Positions 37,828 to 49,318 of a stretch of DNA of 64,000 nt are shown here, piece after piece. Within the stretch, counting starts at the first letter, position 1. Every line of letters starts with the position of its first letter. A model generated the notes under the pieces. That model was given only the letters and a program-made list of their open reading frames with translations, was not told the DNA's origin and ran no database searches. This DNA comes from a virus (Duplodnaviria > Caudoviricetes). The stretch lies in IMG/VR virus record IMGVR_UViG_3300029305_004897, positions 4,046-68,045 of that record. One strand, written 5' to 3'. A program made the position numbers and the translations under genes.

Positions 37828-40800
37828 ATGGCTCTTAGTTTTGAAGAATCACTGAAAAGAGCAAAGGCGGCTGCGGCGGCAAAACAAGCGGCATTGGACA
37901 ATGCAAAAGCGGCTGCTGCAGTCCCTGCTTCTTATGAAATTGCTGTCATGGATATGGCATCTGCCCCGGCTACTCTGGCTGTGGAAGATAATATGATTGC
38001 AGCTTATTCCGGGGATGACTGGACGCTTGATGATAATTATTTGTATTATCAGGAATATCATGACGACAAAATGTCCTATGTGGACGAAAACAAAAAAATT
38101 AAGGTTAATGAGAGTCAGATTAACCTTACACAGGAAAAGAACTCTCAGTTTGTACCTTTTGAAATGCCCAGATTCTATGACGGGTTTGATCTGAGGACTG
38201 CTACTGTTCTTGTTTATTTCGTAAACGAAGTCGGTGCCGGTGATTATGCAAATCCGATCAATATGTATTATTCGCAGGACAAGCTGAGATTCGGATGGCT
38301 GATTGATGATCGCGCAACGGTTGTTACAGGCAAGCTTCATTTTGAAATTCAGGCGATTGGTGTAAACTCCAAGGGGGACGAATATATTTGGAAAACCCAG
38401 CCGAATGACTCTTTGGAAGTTCTGCAGTCCTTGTCCGGCGATGGGGTTATTGAACCGGATACCACATGGCTTTCCGGATTTATGACACAGATCACAGAAC
38501 AGGTGGCTCTTGCACAGGCTGCCGCGAACGAGGCGAAAGGGGTTGTCTCTACAGTTAAGGGTTACTCCGATGATGCTGCAAATTCAGCGGCGGAAGCGCA
38601 GGGGGTTGTAGATTCTGCGGCGTCTGAGCTGGAAGCATCCGTTCAGTCTGCGGTTGACACAAAAGTGGAAGAGGCTCTGGTTGGATATTACACCTCTGAG
38701 GAAGTGGACGAACTGATTGCTGGTGTAGACGTATCCGATCAACTGAACGCTCTGAAAGAAGAGCTGCAGGGAGAAATTGATTCTATTGATGGCTTGGCGG
38801 CTTTCAACGTAGATTACGATGGATCTACTATGACCTTCTATAATGGCGAAAGTGTCATGAAGGAAATCAAGATTACATCAGATCCTACTGCGGAATGGAC
38901 GACTGCTTATACAGCTACCATTGAACAGAAAATTTCAGCAGGAGACAAGACTGTTTCCGATGATCTGGCGGCGTACAAAGAAAAGACGGATGCAGATCTG
39001 ACTGGCATCCATGATGCTGTAGATGCTTTGCCGGAAACTCTGCAGAATGATTACTACAACAAAACCGCTTCTGATGAAAAGTTTGCTGAAAAATCTGCGG
39101 TAACAGAAATCGCCGGTCAGATTGCTTCTATTGAGTCAACGGCAAACACCAATAAAGAAGGGCTTGAATCTGCTACTACAAAACTTCTGGAACTTGATGA
39201 AACAGTCGCAGGTATAGACAAATCTCCGAGACTGACATATAACATTGATTACAACAATCTTGACGATCCGGATGTTGGTGAAAATCAGCTTGCTTTCTTT
39301 GAATATGAGAATGAAGGTCAGGAAAATGAAGTTCGCACGTTAAAGAAACGTGTTGTTATTACTGGCGGCTCCGGTGGCGGGACAAGTTCAACCCTGAAGA
39401 TAGAACCCATTACACCTAATCCGTATGTAGTGACGGCGAATGACACTGCCCTGCTCACATTTAATTTCTCCGGCGTCGATTCATCCGGGAATGCAATTCA
39501 GGAAGGTACATATACGGTAAAAATTAAAAACGATGTTCTGGCTACAGGAACTGTATATGCGGGTGAAAATACAATTGATGTTACAGATTATCTGAACGAT
39601 GGTTCTCAGACTTTGTTCATTACTATTGTTGATTACAACAATACTCTGATTACACTTCCGTGGCGGGTACAGAAGATTGATCTCAGCATTAAGTCTTCTT
39701 TTGATGACAGTCTGACATATACCGGTGATGTTTCTTTTTCGTACACGCCTTATGGTGCTATTTCCAAGGAAATTCATTTTAAGCTTGACGGAGAAGAGTT
39801 GGAACCTGTTACGACATCCGCATCCGGTATTCAGATGGGGTATACAATTCCTGCGCAGAAGCATGGATCTCATTTGCTGGAAGTTTGGTCAACCGCTAAT
39901 ATTTCCAATAATATTGTACCGTCCAATCACATTGTTAAGGATATCTTATTTGTGGATCCTCTTTCCGTTTTGCCTGTAATTGGCTGTACAATGCAGGATT
40001 TCACAATGAGACAATATGACACGACACAAATCCGATATGTTGTGTATGATCCGACTTCTGAAATGCCCAAAGTAAAACTGGCTGTTGATGGAAAAGTAGT
40101 GTCAGAACCTACACTGGAAACTGCTGTACAAACATGGGCTTTCAAATCCGCTGATATTGGTGAACATACGCTGACTATCACTTGTGGAGAGACAGTAAAA
40201 ACGCTCCGTGTTGTTGTAGAAAAACTGGAAATCGATGTTATTCCTGTTACCGCAGGGCTTGCATTTGATTTTAACCCTGTTGGGTATTCCAATGGAGATA
40301 CAGACGGACGCATCTGGTCTGACGGTGATGTAACCATGACCGTCACTGACAACTTTGACTGGGTAAATGGTGGTTATCAGCTTGATGAGAACGGGAATCA
40401 GTATTTTTGCGTGAAAGCAGGAACACGGGCAGTCATCAACTATAATTTGTTTGCAGATGACCCCAAGAAAAATGGTAAGGAATTTAAGGCAATATTCCGC
40501 ACAAGAAATATCCGCAAGCGGGATACATCCTTCCTGACCTGCATGAATGACGGTATTGGTCTGGACATGAAGGTAGAACATGCTTCTGTTCACAACACTG
40601 GTGGCACACTGAAATCCAATTACTGCGAAGATGCAATTATTGAGTATGAGTTTAACATCAACAAAGATACTGATATGATGATTGTCATGTCGTATGAAGA
40701 TGGTACGCCCAGCACTCCTTATGAATATACAAGCACTGCCTCCTTTAAGCAGTCTGTTCCGCAGCCTATAACCATTGGCAGTGATGACTGTGATGTTCTC

Positions 40801-41309
40801 ATTTATAGAATAAAGGCATACTCTACATCTTTAACAGATACAGATATCAAAAACAATTTTATTGCAGATGCACCGAGTGCGGATGAGATGATCGCACGGT
40901 ATACCAGAAATCAGATTTATAATGACAACAATGCATTGGTATCTACTTCTGCAAATGGCGGTTTTTCTGCGGAAGCCGTAATGAAGACCAATCCGGAACT
41001 GCGGTATATCTTCCTCGAAGTGCCTCAGTTTACGAACGATAAAGATAATAAGATTGATGGATGTACGGTATATTTCAGATATCCAAATGGAAAGAGACCG
41101 CAGGATAACTGGGATTGTACCGGCATGAGACACAGAGGACAGGGGACTTCCAGTAACCTTTATGGTGATGCTGGCAGAAACATTGACCTGTGTATGGATA
41201 GAAGTTCTTCCCTGTTTACATGGAAAGACGAGAATGGAGATACTGTTGAATCTGACAAGATCACATTGACAGATACATCTATTCCGACCAATTATCTCAA
41301 TGTAAAGGT
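37828..41309 (+). CDS. Giant virion-associated protein, exon 1 (BppU-like, coiled coil, Ig/LamG-like, start of CotH-kinase-like domain)
   Basis: Ends ...CTC AAT GTA AAG GT at the intron 3 splice site; RGQGTSS..Y...N motif near the end. Confidence 0.85.
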
Positions 41310-41601
41310 AAAATATTTGCCCCTATATATGGTGACATATATAGCGTAGCGCAGAAGAAATCTGGAAGGCTGGAATGCCGATCAGAGTGGAAGGCTATAT
41401 GTAAAACTATAGTCACACGCAACGCATAGATTCTGAACCTCTCCGCAGGAGAGAATATAATGAATCCACGAGTCTGCGCCAACTCATTTTTTTGAGTTGA
41501 AAAGATATGCTGAACTAATACAAATCAACCACATATTTACATAATAAATGTGGTTAAGTATTAGAAGCAGAAGATAAAAAGCTTTTGCGATAACAAAATT
41601 G
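41310..41601 (+). ncRNA. Group I intron 3 (IA-like, ORF-less), 292 nt
   Basis: Exon ends in U with IGS GCC 41319-21. P10 AAUAUUU 41312-18 with exon AAAUAUU. P3 GCGCAGA 41349-55 / UCUGCGC 41473-79. P7 GCAUA 41424-28 / UAUGC 41506-10 with a P7.1 extension and P8 hairpin. Ends in G 41601; splicing gives YLNVKV|NIASSENANNA. Confidence 0.9.
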
Positions 41602-44600
41602 AAATATTGCATCTTCTGAAAATGCAAACAACGCTGAAATGGCACGGCGGTTCAATCAGTATCAGCCGTTCCTGCGTTATGCACGAAGGAAAGATAGCCG
41701 GGTTAAGGATACGATGGAATTTTATAACTGTGTCGTATTTATCCGGGAAACCAGTACGGACTCTTCTGTTCCGCACAGAGAATTTACAGACAACAACTGG
41801 CACTTCTATGCTCTGGGTAACGTAGGGGATTCCAAAAAGACCGACTACACCCGTGTAAACAATGCAAATGATCCTCTGGAACATGTCATTGAAATTGCAG
41901 ACGTAGACAAGCCGCTTGCATCATTCCCTACCGGCAAAGCAGGTCATGCTATTTGTTCTGAAAGCGAATGGACAGCTGGAAACGGTGCATATGATGTTTT
42001 GCATTCCACAGAATATGTTTATGATGACGAAGGTGAATTTGAATCCTTTGGTGGCGAAACATATGAATTCCGTTATGAAATGGAAGACATTACTGCAGAA
42101 CAGCGGGAAGTCAACATCAATACATGGAGAGAACTGTATCGGTTTATTGTTACCTCTTCCGATGAAGAATTCCATGCACATCTGAAAGACTACTTTGTTG
42201 TGGATTCTGCACTGTATTATTATCTTTTTACGGAAAGATATACAATGGTAGACAACAGGGCCAAGAACTCATTCTGGCATTACGGGAAGGTATACATTTC
42301 CCATGCAGAAGCAGAGGTTCTTGGGGAAGAAGAGGCAAGCTATTACATCATTGATGATGAAGCGGCTGCTATCCGGAATGGTTACAGATACGACCTGACA
42401 TTCTTCTATGATGCCGATACTTGTCTCGGTATTGACAACACCGGGGATTTTGTATTCCCTTACGGTAAGGAAGACACGGATTACTATGTAGACGGCGATC
42501 CTTCTTCTGACTATGTATTCCGGGCGGCAGACAGTGTATTCTTCTGCAGACTGCGGGATCTGTTCCCTGTTGAAATGCAGGCTATGTTCAAAGACAGAGA
42601 AGAAAAAGGCGCTTGGTTGTCTCAATCTCTGATCGACCAGTGGGATGATTCTCAGGCGCAGTTCTCAGAAGAACTCTGGCGTCTTGATTACGAAAGAAAG
42701 TATTATCGTACATATAAAGGAATTTCCATTGACAACAGTATTCCGAAGCTCGATAAAACATTCCTGATCGGTAAATTCTTTGGTCGCAAAAAGTATGCAA
42801 GACGTTCTTTTGAAACCAATAATGATATGTACTTTGCCACCAAATACTTCGGGAACAAGGCGCTGGAAGACGTTTTCTGGATTCGTGGTAATGTGCCTAT
42901 TGGCAGCAGTCTGACCCCGAACTATTCACTTACGCTTGTACCATATTCTGATATGTATGTCTGTGTGCAGTACGGCAGTACAGGTACGCCGATTCATCAG
43001 AAGGTGAAAGCAGGACAGACCTGTTACTTTGAAAGCACTGCTGATAGAATGGACTTCATCTATGTGTATGCAGCAAGCTATATTCAGGAAGTTGGCGACC
43101 TGTCCAGATGCTATATTGGTGATAACAGCTTCTCTGCGGCTACGAGACTACAAAAGCTCGTTATTGGCAGCACAGTTGATGGATATGAAAATACATTTAT
43201 GAAGGAAGTATTGGTTGAAAACAACCCGCTTCTGGAGTATCTGGATCTTCGTAATGTTTCTGGTATCAATACAGAAATTGATGTAAGCAGTTGCAGCAAT
43301 CTGAAGGAGCTGTATGCAGAAGGCACGAATGCTTCCGGTGTTCTTTTTGCAAACGGCGGCCTATTGGAAGTTGCCCATCTGCCGAAGATTGCTTCCCTGT
43401 CAATGAAGAATATGAATTTTGTGCGTGAATTTATTGTAGATGACTATGAAAACATGCAGACACTCGTTGTCGAAAATGTTCCTGCTATCAATACGTATGA
43501 AATTGTCCAGTCCGCTCCGCTCCTGAGATTGGTACGTCTGGTTGGCATGGATTGGAATTCTTCTTATCGGATTGAAGATTCTTCTGTTTTTAACAGACTG
43601 CTGACGATTGACGGTATAGATTCTTCCGGACATGAAACGGATATGTCTGTGCTGATTGGTACTGCGTTTGTGCCTGTTCTTTACCAGCAGGAGGCAAATG
43701 ACTATCAGGACGCTTGGCCTGATCTGGTAATCTCATGCGATACACTTGTTGAACAGTACGTTGTTACCTTCGTGAATGATGATGGCACTGTGTTAAAGAC
43801 TCAATATGTTGTGAAGGGTGAAATCCCTGGGGATCCCGGTATTATTCCTGAAAAAGAACCGTCTGTAAGTCATGCCTATACATTTGATTCCTGGGATGTG
43901 GATCCTGCCACAACGCAGGTTTTCGCAGACAAGACATTCACTGCAACATATACTTCTGCTCTGCGTGAATATGCTGTTCGTTATGTTTCCATGAATACAG
44001 TGCTTCAGGAAAGAACTGCAACTTATGGATCCAGTGTGTTGTATGAGGGAGAAATTCCGGTTTACACGGCACAGGAATCTGCATATGCGTACTATCTGTT
44101 CAATCGTTGGGACAAGTCCGGATATGTAGATGGCGATAAAACGATTACAGCTGTATTTGATAAATACGAATATGACGGCAATCTGGCAAATATTGACTTT
44201 GAGGATATGACGCCGGTTCAGATCTATGCTCTGACTAAATTGTATAAGCAAGGAACATTGTCTTTGCCTTCTGAAGGGCATATTGAAGTAGGATCATCTA
44301 CACTTGTTTCTCTGGGTAATGATATCGATTATGATGATATTGAACAGACAGTGCTGATTGATACACCAATGCACTTCGATGGATCCAATGCTTATGACAC
44401 TGGTGTTTCCATCTTTGACAAAGATAGGGATTTCGTACTGGCAGTAGATTATATGTTTTCTTCAAACTGCTCTACTGGCGGCGTACTTATGCAGTGTCTG
44501 CAGCCGATTGCATTGCAGGGCGTTCGTTTGTTCTACAATGAAAATCCGAGAATCACATGGAATCAGAATACGAATACTTCCCTTTCTCCTGCTGAACGCA

Positions 44601-45424
44601 GAGAAATCCTGATTCTTAGACATACTGCCGGTTCTGATATTCTGAAGGTATACAATTCCAATGTGACCGGAGAAATCAGCCTCATCGAATTGTCCGCTGT
44701 GTCTGCAATGGGAACATTTGCAAACACGCTTGTATTCGGCGCAGCAAAAGCGGCTGATGGTGTATTCCAGAATTATGCTATTGGTGATGTGTATTGGGCG
44801 AAGTTATGGTATGCTGATCTTGGAGATGCGGCATGCAGAGAGCTTGCAGCATGGGTACATGAAGATGTCAGAATGGAGATCGGGTCGTTCCGCAGTTATA
44901 CTCTTGCTAATGACATGACGCAGACCTGCTCTATGTCTCTGCTTGCATCCAATGTGCTTTCCGTAGATACTCCATGGAGCGATACAGGCACAACTGGTGG
45001 GTTTGCAAACAGCAAGTTAAGAGAAGTAATGAATAGCCGGGTATACAAAGCAATTCCTATGCAGATACGCAGTATTTTGAAATCTGTGCTTGTACCATCA
45101 ACGGTTGGTGACAACAAGTCTGAAATTACAAGTTCTGCTTGCTATGTATATGCCCCTGCTTATGTGGAGGTATATAAGACTTCTACTGAACCATATGTAA
45201 ATGAAGGATCCACAATTCCGTACATGGTAGACGACAAGTCCCGTATGAAGATGGATACTACAGGATCCTACAGACGCTGGTGGACAAGATCTCCGAAGAT
45301 TTACGGTTCTGGTTCTTTGGATTACGTATGGGGGTTCAGTGAAACCGGTGCTGTACTTTCGACAAGTTATAGTTATGCGGCATCATCTGTTCGCAATTAT
45401 ATGTTGATTCAGTTCTCTATTTGA
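41602..45424 (+). CDS. Giant virion-associated protein, exon 2 (CotH-kinase-like, LRR, InlB-B-like repeats, LamG-like, DUF6273-like C-terminus)
   Basis: Frame open from 41602 and includes the track ORF at 41639; DNRAKN and YDADTCLGIDN kinase-like motifs; LRR units (LQKLVIG, LEYLDLRN, LKELYAEG); YVVTFVNDDGTVL repeats; WWTRSP near the end. Spliced product 2434 aa. Confidence 0.85.
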
Positions 45425-45429
45425 TGTAT

Positions 45430-45462
45430 AAACCGGGTATCTTGCGGTACCCGGTTTTCCTT
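45430..45462 (+). terminator. Rho-independent terminator
   Basis: AAACCGGGTAT/GTACCCGGTTT stem. Confidence 0.6.
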
Positions 45463-45473
45463 ATGGAGGGTTT

Positions 45474-45872
45474 ATGTTTTATAAAATAATTAAAGATGGC
45501 AATGTGATCGATGTATCTGACGGTTTGTCATTTATGAGATGGCAGGATAAGTTCTGCCGCATGATCTATTGCAGTATGGACGAAGCGCAGGCGATACAAT
45601 CCTCTGACGGAGAAACGGTGTGGCATGAAATATCTCTTGCACCTGTTCCTGTTGATGGATTTGATACGGTAACGGCGGTTCCCATTGATGAACGTGAATA
45701 CCGTTCGCTTCGTGCGCTGCATTGTTCTACGCCGGAAGATATCATTGATGCATTTGTGTTGGCGCTTATGTCGGATGCTTCCGTATTGGAAGATCCGTTT
45801 ATCCGGCTTATTGCTTCCGGAGATATTGCTTCGGTAGATGCAGAAAACCTGAAGGCACGTTTTGTTGGTTGA
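45474..45872 (+). CDS. Hypothetical protein (possible fibre chaperone)
   Basis: 132 aa, GGAGG RBS. Confidence 0.5.
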   Translation: MFYKIIKDGNVIDVSDGLSFMRWQDKFCRMIYCSMDEAQAIQSSDGETVWHEISLAPVPVDGFDTVTAVPIDEREYRSLRALHCSTPEDIIDAFVLALMSDASVLEDPFIRLIASGDIASVDAENLKARFVG

Positions 45873-45875
45873 AGG

Positions 45876-45896
45876 AACTGCTTCGGCAGCTTTTTT
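45876..45896 (+). terminator. Rho-independent terminator with UUCG tetraloop
   Basis: CTGC-TTCG-GCAG then TTTTTT. Confidence 0.65.
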
Positions 45897-45928
45897 AACA
45901 TATATCTTTTATAAAGGAGGACAAAATA

Positions 45929-46357
45929 ATGTCTGAAATTCTGAAATCCAAACATGGTTTTGGTCAGTCCAGTGGATTGGCGCAGGCCATCAGTAATGGT
46001 TTGCTGGATGCTTATGACATCCTGTTTCTGGATGGGGACACATCCCCGAAGATCGGCTGGATTGACAAAAACGGGAATGTAGTAATCTCTGAAGGCAAGG
46101 AGCAGGTTATTAAGGTAGATGAACTGCCCACTGAAAACGGTGACGAAAATGTAATCTATCTGTATAACCATGAGGCTTATGTATGGGATGGCACAAAGTG
46201 TGTATCTATTGCAAAGTCTGCTGATCTGACTATTCTGGAAACTCAGGTATCTAATCTGGAAACGCAGATCACAAACAAGGTTGACGCTTCTGAAGTACAG
46301 GTTATGGTAACCAACGCCGTAAATGAAGCTGTTGCTTCTGAAGTTGTTGAATTTTAA
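45929..46357 (+). CDS. Fibre-module protein
   Basis: N-terminus KHGFG...LDAYDILFLD...WIDKNGN is paralogous to the next gene. Confidence 0.55.
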   Translation: MSEILKSKHGFGQSSGLAQAISNGLLDAYDILFLDGDTSPKIGWIDKNGNVVISEGKEQVIKVDELPTENGDENVIYLYNHEAYVWDGTKCVSIAKSADLTILETQVSNLETQITNKVDASEVQVMVTNAVNEAVASEVVEF

Positions 46358-46375
46358 TTTAAGGAGGACTAAAAA

Positions 46376-47365
46376 ATGGCTGAAGTAAAAACCACCAAAC
46401 ATGCGTTTGGTTCCAAGGCGAATATTGAAACCGCCAAGACTTCCGGTGCAATTGATGCGTTTGACGTACTGCATCTGGACAATGGCGAAATGGCATGGAT
46501 CGACAAGAACGGCAATACCGTTATGGCAACCTCCCGCACCCAGGAAGATGTTGTGGTTAATGGCGTAACCGGTCTGGGTATTGGCAATGGTGAAACTATT
46601 CCTGCCGGTACTTCTATTGAAGATATCGTAAAGATGCTGGTACAGAAAGCCGTTCCCGCGTCTTACACCAAGCCCACTCTGTCTCTGAGTAACAACGGCG
46701 GTCAGGCTTCCGGTAACGTAGAAGCTGGTACTACCATCACCCCCAAACTGAAGGCAACATTCACCAAGAATGATGCTGGCGATCTGACTGCTATTTCTAT
46801 CAGCAAGGGCGGCGAAGCTGTTGTTGAAGGCACTTCTTCCCCGCAGGTTTATGATGGTGAAGACATTGTGATCGGTGACGAAACCATCACCTTCTCTGCT
46901 TCTGCTTCTTATAATGCAGCTCCTGTGAAGACCAACAACCTTGGTCAGGAATCCAAGGAAAACTGGTTCGATGCTGGCAGCGTTGCTTCTTCCAACTACA
47001 GCATTACCGGTAAGAGAAATCTGTTCTATGGTACCGGTGTTGGTGATCTGCCTGCAATCAACTCCGCAACCGTTCGTGGCTTGTCCAATACTAAGCTGGC
47101 TCCCACTCAGGGATATAGCTGGACTATCAGTGTAGATGTTGGTCAGCAGTATATTATCTTTGCTTATCCTGCAGATCTGCGTGATGTAAATCAGGTTGAA
47201 TATGTAGAAGCAAACGATAAGGGTATGGCATCCAGCTTTACCAAGCACACCATTGACGTTGCTGACGCTCGTGGTGACGAAAATGGCATGAAGTCTTACA
47301 AGGTTTATACATATCGTATGGCTGTTCCTGCTGCTGCCGGTATGACCTTTAAGGTTACTATCTAA
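46376..47365 (+). CDS. Structural fibre/decoration protein
   Basis: 329 aa, highly biased codons; KHAFG...IDAFDVLHLD...WIDKNGN N-terminus; beta-rich C-terminus. Confidence 0.55.
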   Translation: MAEVKTTKHAFGSKANIETAKTSGAIDAFDVLHLDNGEMAWIDKNGNTVMATSRTQEDVVVNGVTGLGIGNGETIPAGTSIEDIVKMLVQKAVPASYTKPTLSLSNNGGQASGNVEAGTTITPKLKATFTKNDAGDLTAISISKGGEAVVEGTSSPQVYDGEDIVIGDETITFSASASYNAAPVKTNNLGQESKENWFDAGSVASSNYSITGKRNLFYGTGVGDLPAINSATVRGLSNTKLAPTQGYSWTISVDVGQQYIIFAYPADLRDVNQVEYVEANDKGMASSFTKHTIDVADARGDENGMKSYKVYTYRMAVPAAAGMTFKVTI

Positions 47366-47387
47366 GGAAATGGAGGTTTAAGAAACT

Positions 47388-48770
47388 ATGGCTATTGAAA
47401 GTAAAAACCTGCTTGTATGGGTAAAAGCGATGTCAAGAGGTCAGGCACTGCCGCTTGACGCTTCTGAAATCCACGAGTCTATTGCCGCTGCTGAAGCGTA
47501 TGCCGCTACTGCGACTGCGTATGCTGGTCAGACTGTAAAGGCTCTTGCCGCTGATGGCAAATATCATGAATATATTCTGCAGCCTTCTGAGGCCGGTTAT
47601 GTACTGGAAGAAGTCGGTGCTATTAAGCAGTCTGATCTGAAACAGTATGTAATGGTGGTGGATGCTCTGCCGGAAGCTGATCAGGAACAGGGGATTCTGT
47701 ACATTTGCGGTACCACTGGTTCTATCTGGACTGGCACTGCATGGAAAGAAGTATTCTGGGATGTGAGTGCCGACGTTACTGCGGTTTCTGACAAGGTAGA
47801 CGAACTGGAAGCTTCTCTGGCTGACTATGCACCTCTGGCTAACCCTGTGTTCTCCGGTGTTGTGAAGGTTGGTGAAGATGAAGTTGCCCTGAAGTCTTAT
47901 GTGGAAGGTCTGTTCGCACAGCTGGAAGAAACCAGTATTCCAGGTATCGTTGACTCCGGCAATCCCCTGCCCTCTGCTGACTACAAGGCCGGTGCATCTT
48001 ACCGTGTTGCCGAAGCTGGTACTTATGCAGGCGTTGTATGTGAAGCTGGCGACCTGATCCTGGTAGTTAAGGATTACAATGCAGATTCTGCTTCTGATTC
48101 TGACTTCTTGGTTATTCAGGCAAACATTGATGGTGCTGTTTCTTCCAAATCTGAAACTTCCACCATCGGTGAAATCGTTGTCTTTGACTCTGTTACCGGC
48201 AAGGTAATCAAGGGTTCCGGCATTCAGATTGCTTCTCTGGAAGATGCTATTGCAAAGGCTCATGAACATGCAAACAAGGATAAGCTCGATACTTATGACA
48301 AGACTCAGGCTGAACTGCTTGCTGAAGCCGCTTCTGCTGCACAGGCTCTTGTTGATGCTCATGACGAAGCTGTTACCGAAGCTCTGAATGGCAAGGCTGA
48401 CAAGGCCACCACTCTGGCTGGCTACGGCATTACCGATGCGTACACTTCCACCGAAATCGATGGTAAGCTGCAGACTATTACCGAAAATCTGAATACCAAG
48501 ATTTCTGCTACAGAAGTGGACACTAAGATTGCTACTGCCAAGACAGAAACTCTGGAAGAAGCTGCGGCTGCGGCAAGCGAAGCTCTGGAAGAAAGGGTTG
48601 GTTCTATTCCTGCTGACACTACTATCCAGTCTTACATCGACACAGCAGTTGGTTCCGGCGGGACTGCATCCGCACAGGCAATTGCTACTGCAAAGCAGGA
48701 AGCTATTGAAATTTCCAATACTTACACCGATGAACAGATTATCAATGCGATGACTGTTGTTGAGTTCTAA
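47388..48770 (+). CDS. Structural fibre protein
   Basis: 460 aa Ala-rich coiled coil with the fibre motif KADKATTLAGYGITDAY. Confidence 0.65.
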   Translation: MAIESKNLLVWVKAMSRGQALPLDASEIHESIAAAEAYAATATAYAGQTVKALAADGKYHEYILQPSEAGYVLEEVGAIKQSDLKQYVMVVDALPEADQEQGILYICGTTGSIWTGTAWKEVFWDVSADVTAVSDKVDELEASLADYAPLANPVFSGVVKVGEDEVALKSYVEGLFAQLEETSIPGIVDSGNPLPSADYKAGASYRVAEAGTYAGVVCEAGDLILVVKDYNADSASDSDFLVIQANIDGAVSSKSETSTIGEIVVFDSVTGKVIKGSGIQIASLEDAIAKAHEHANKDKLDTYDKTQAELLAEAASAAQALVDAHDEAVTEALNGKADKATTLAGYGITDAYTSTEIDGKLQTITENLNTKISATEVDTKIATAKTETLEEAAAAASEALEERVGSIPADTTIQSYIDTAVGSGGTASAQAIATAKQEAIEISNTYTDEQIINAMTVVEF

Positions 48771-48805
48771 ACCAATTATAGCCATTAAAATACGGAGGTA
48801 CTTAC

Positions 48806-49273
48806 ATGGCAGATGAAAAAAATTATCCCGTCTTGTCGGTATGTGCCACGAAAGGTAGTCGGCTGCCCGATCTTGCTATTACAGACGGGCAGCTGATTTT
48901 TGTTCAGGATAAACACCAGATCGCGCTTGATTATAACGGTAAACGTGTATTTTACAATCAGATTGAGGAGCTGGATACGGAGCTTGCGAGAACATCTATA
49001 CTGGCTCCTATTACCGGCAGATATTATTTTGTAATTGACACTGCCGTACTCTGGACATATCGTGACACCGGTTGGGTGCAGATTACAACTCCGCCCGATG
49101 AAATTGTATTTATCGGCACGGAACTGCCTGAACTTGGCGCTCGACAGACTTTATATGTGGATACTACCAATGATCGTATTTCTGTATGGGATGAAACTGC
49201 AGAAACTTATCACGTAGTTTCCGACAAAACAAACGAAATTGAAGAAACGGATATCGAAGCGCTGTTTGCATAA
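48806..49273 (+). CDS. Hypothetical fibre-module protein
   Basis: 155 aa, GGAGG RBS. Confidence 0.5.
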   Translation: MADEKNYPVLSVCATKGSRLPDLAITDGQLIFVQDKHQIALDYNGKRVFYNQIEELDTELARTSILAPITGRYYFVIDTAVLWTYRDTGWVQITTPPDEIVFIGTELPELGARQTLYVDTTNDRISVWDETAETYHVVSDKTNEIEETDIEALFA

Positions 49274-49318
49274 GGCACAGCGCTTTTGATATAAAAAAAT
49301 TTATGGAGGATTTTTATT

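Noticed and set aside
41297-41650. Frameshift, stop-codon read-through or alternative genetic code joining the giant ORFs
   Set aside because: The 292-nt gap folds as a group I intron, and all other genes read normally in code 11.
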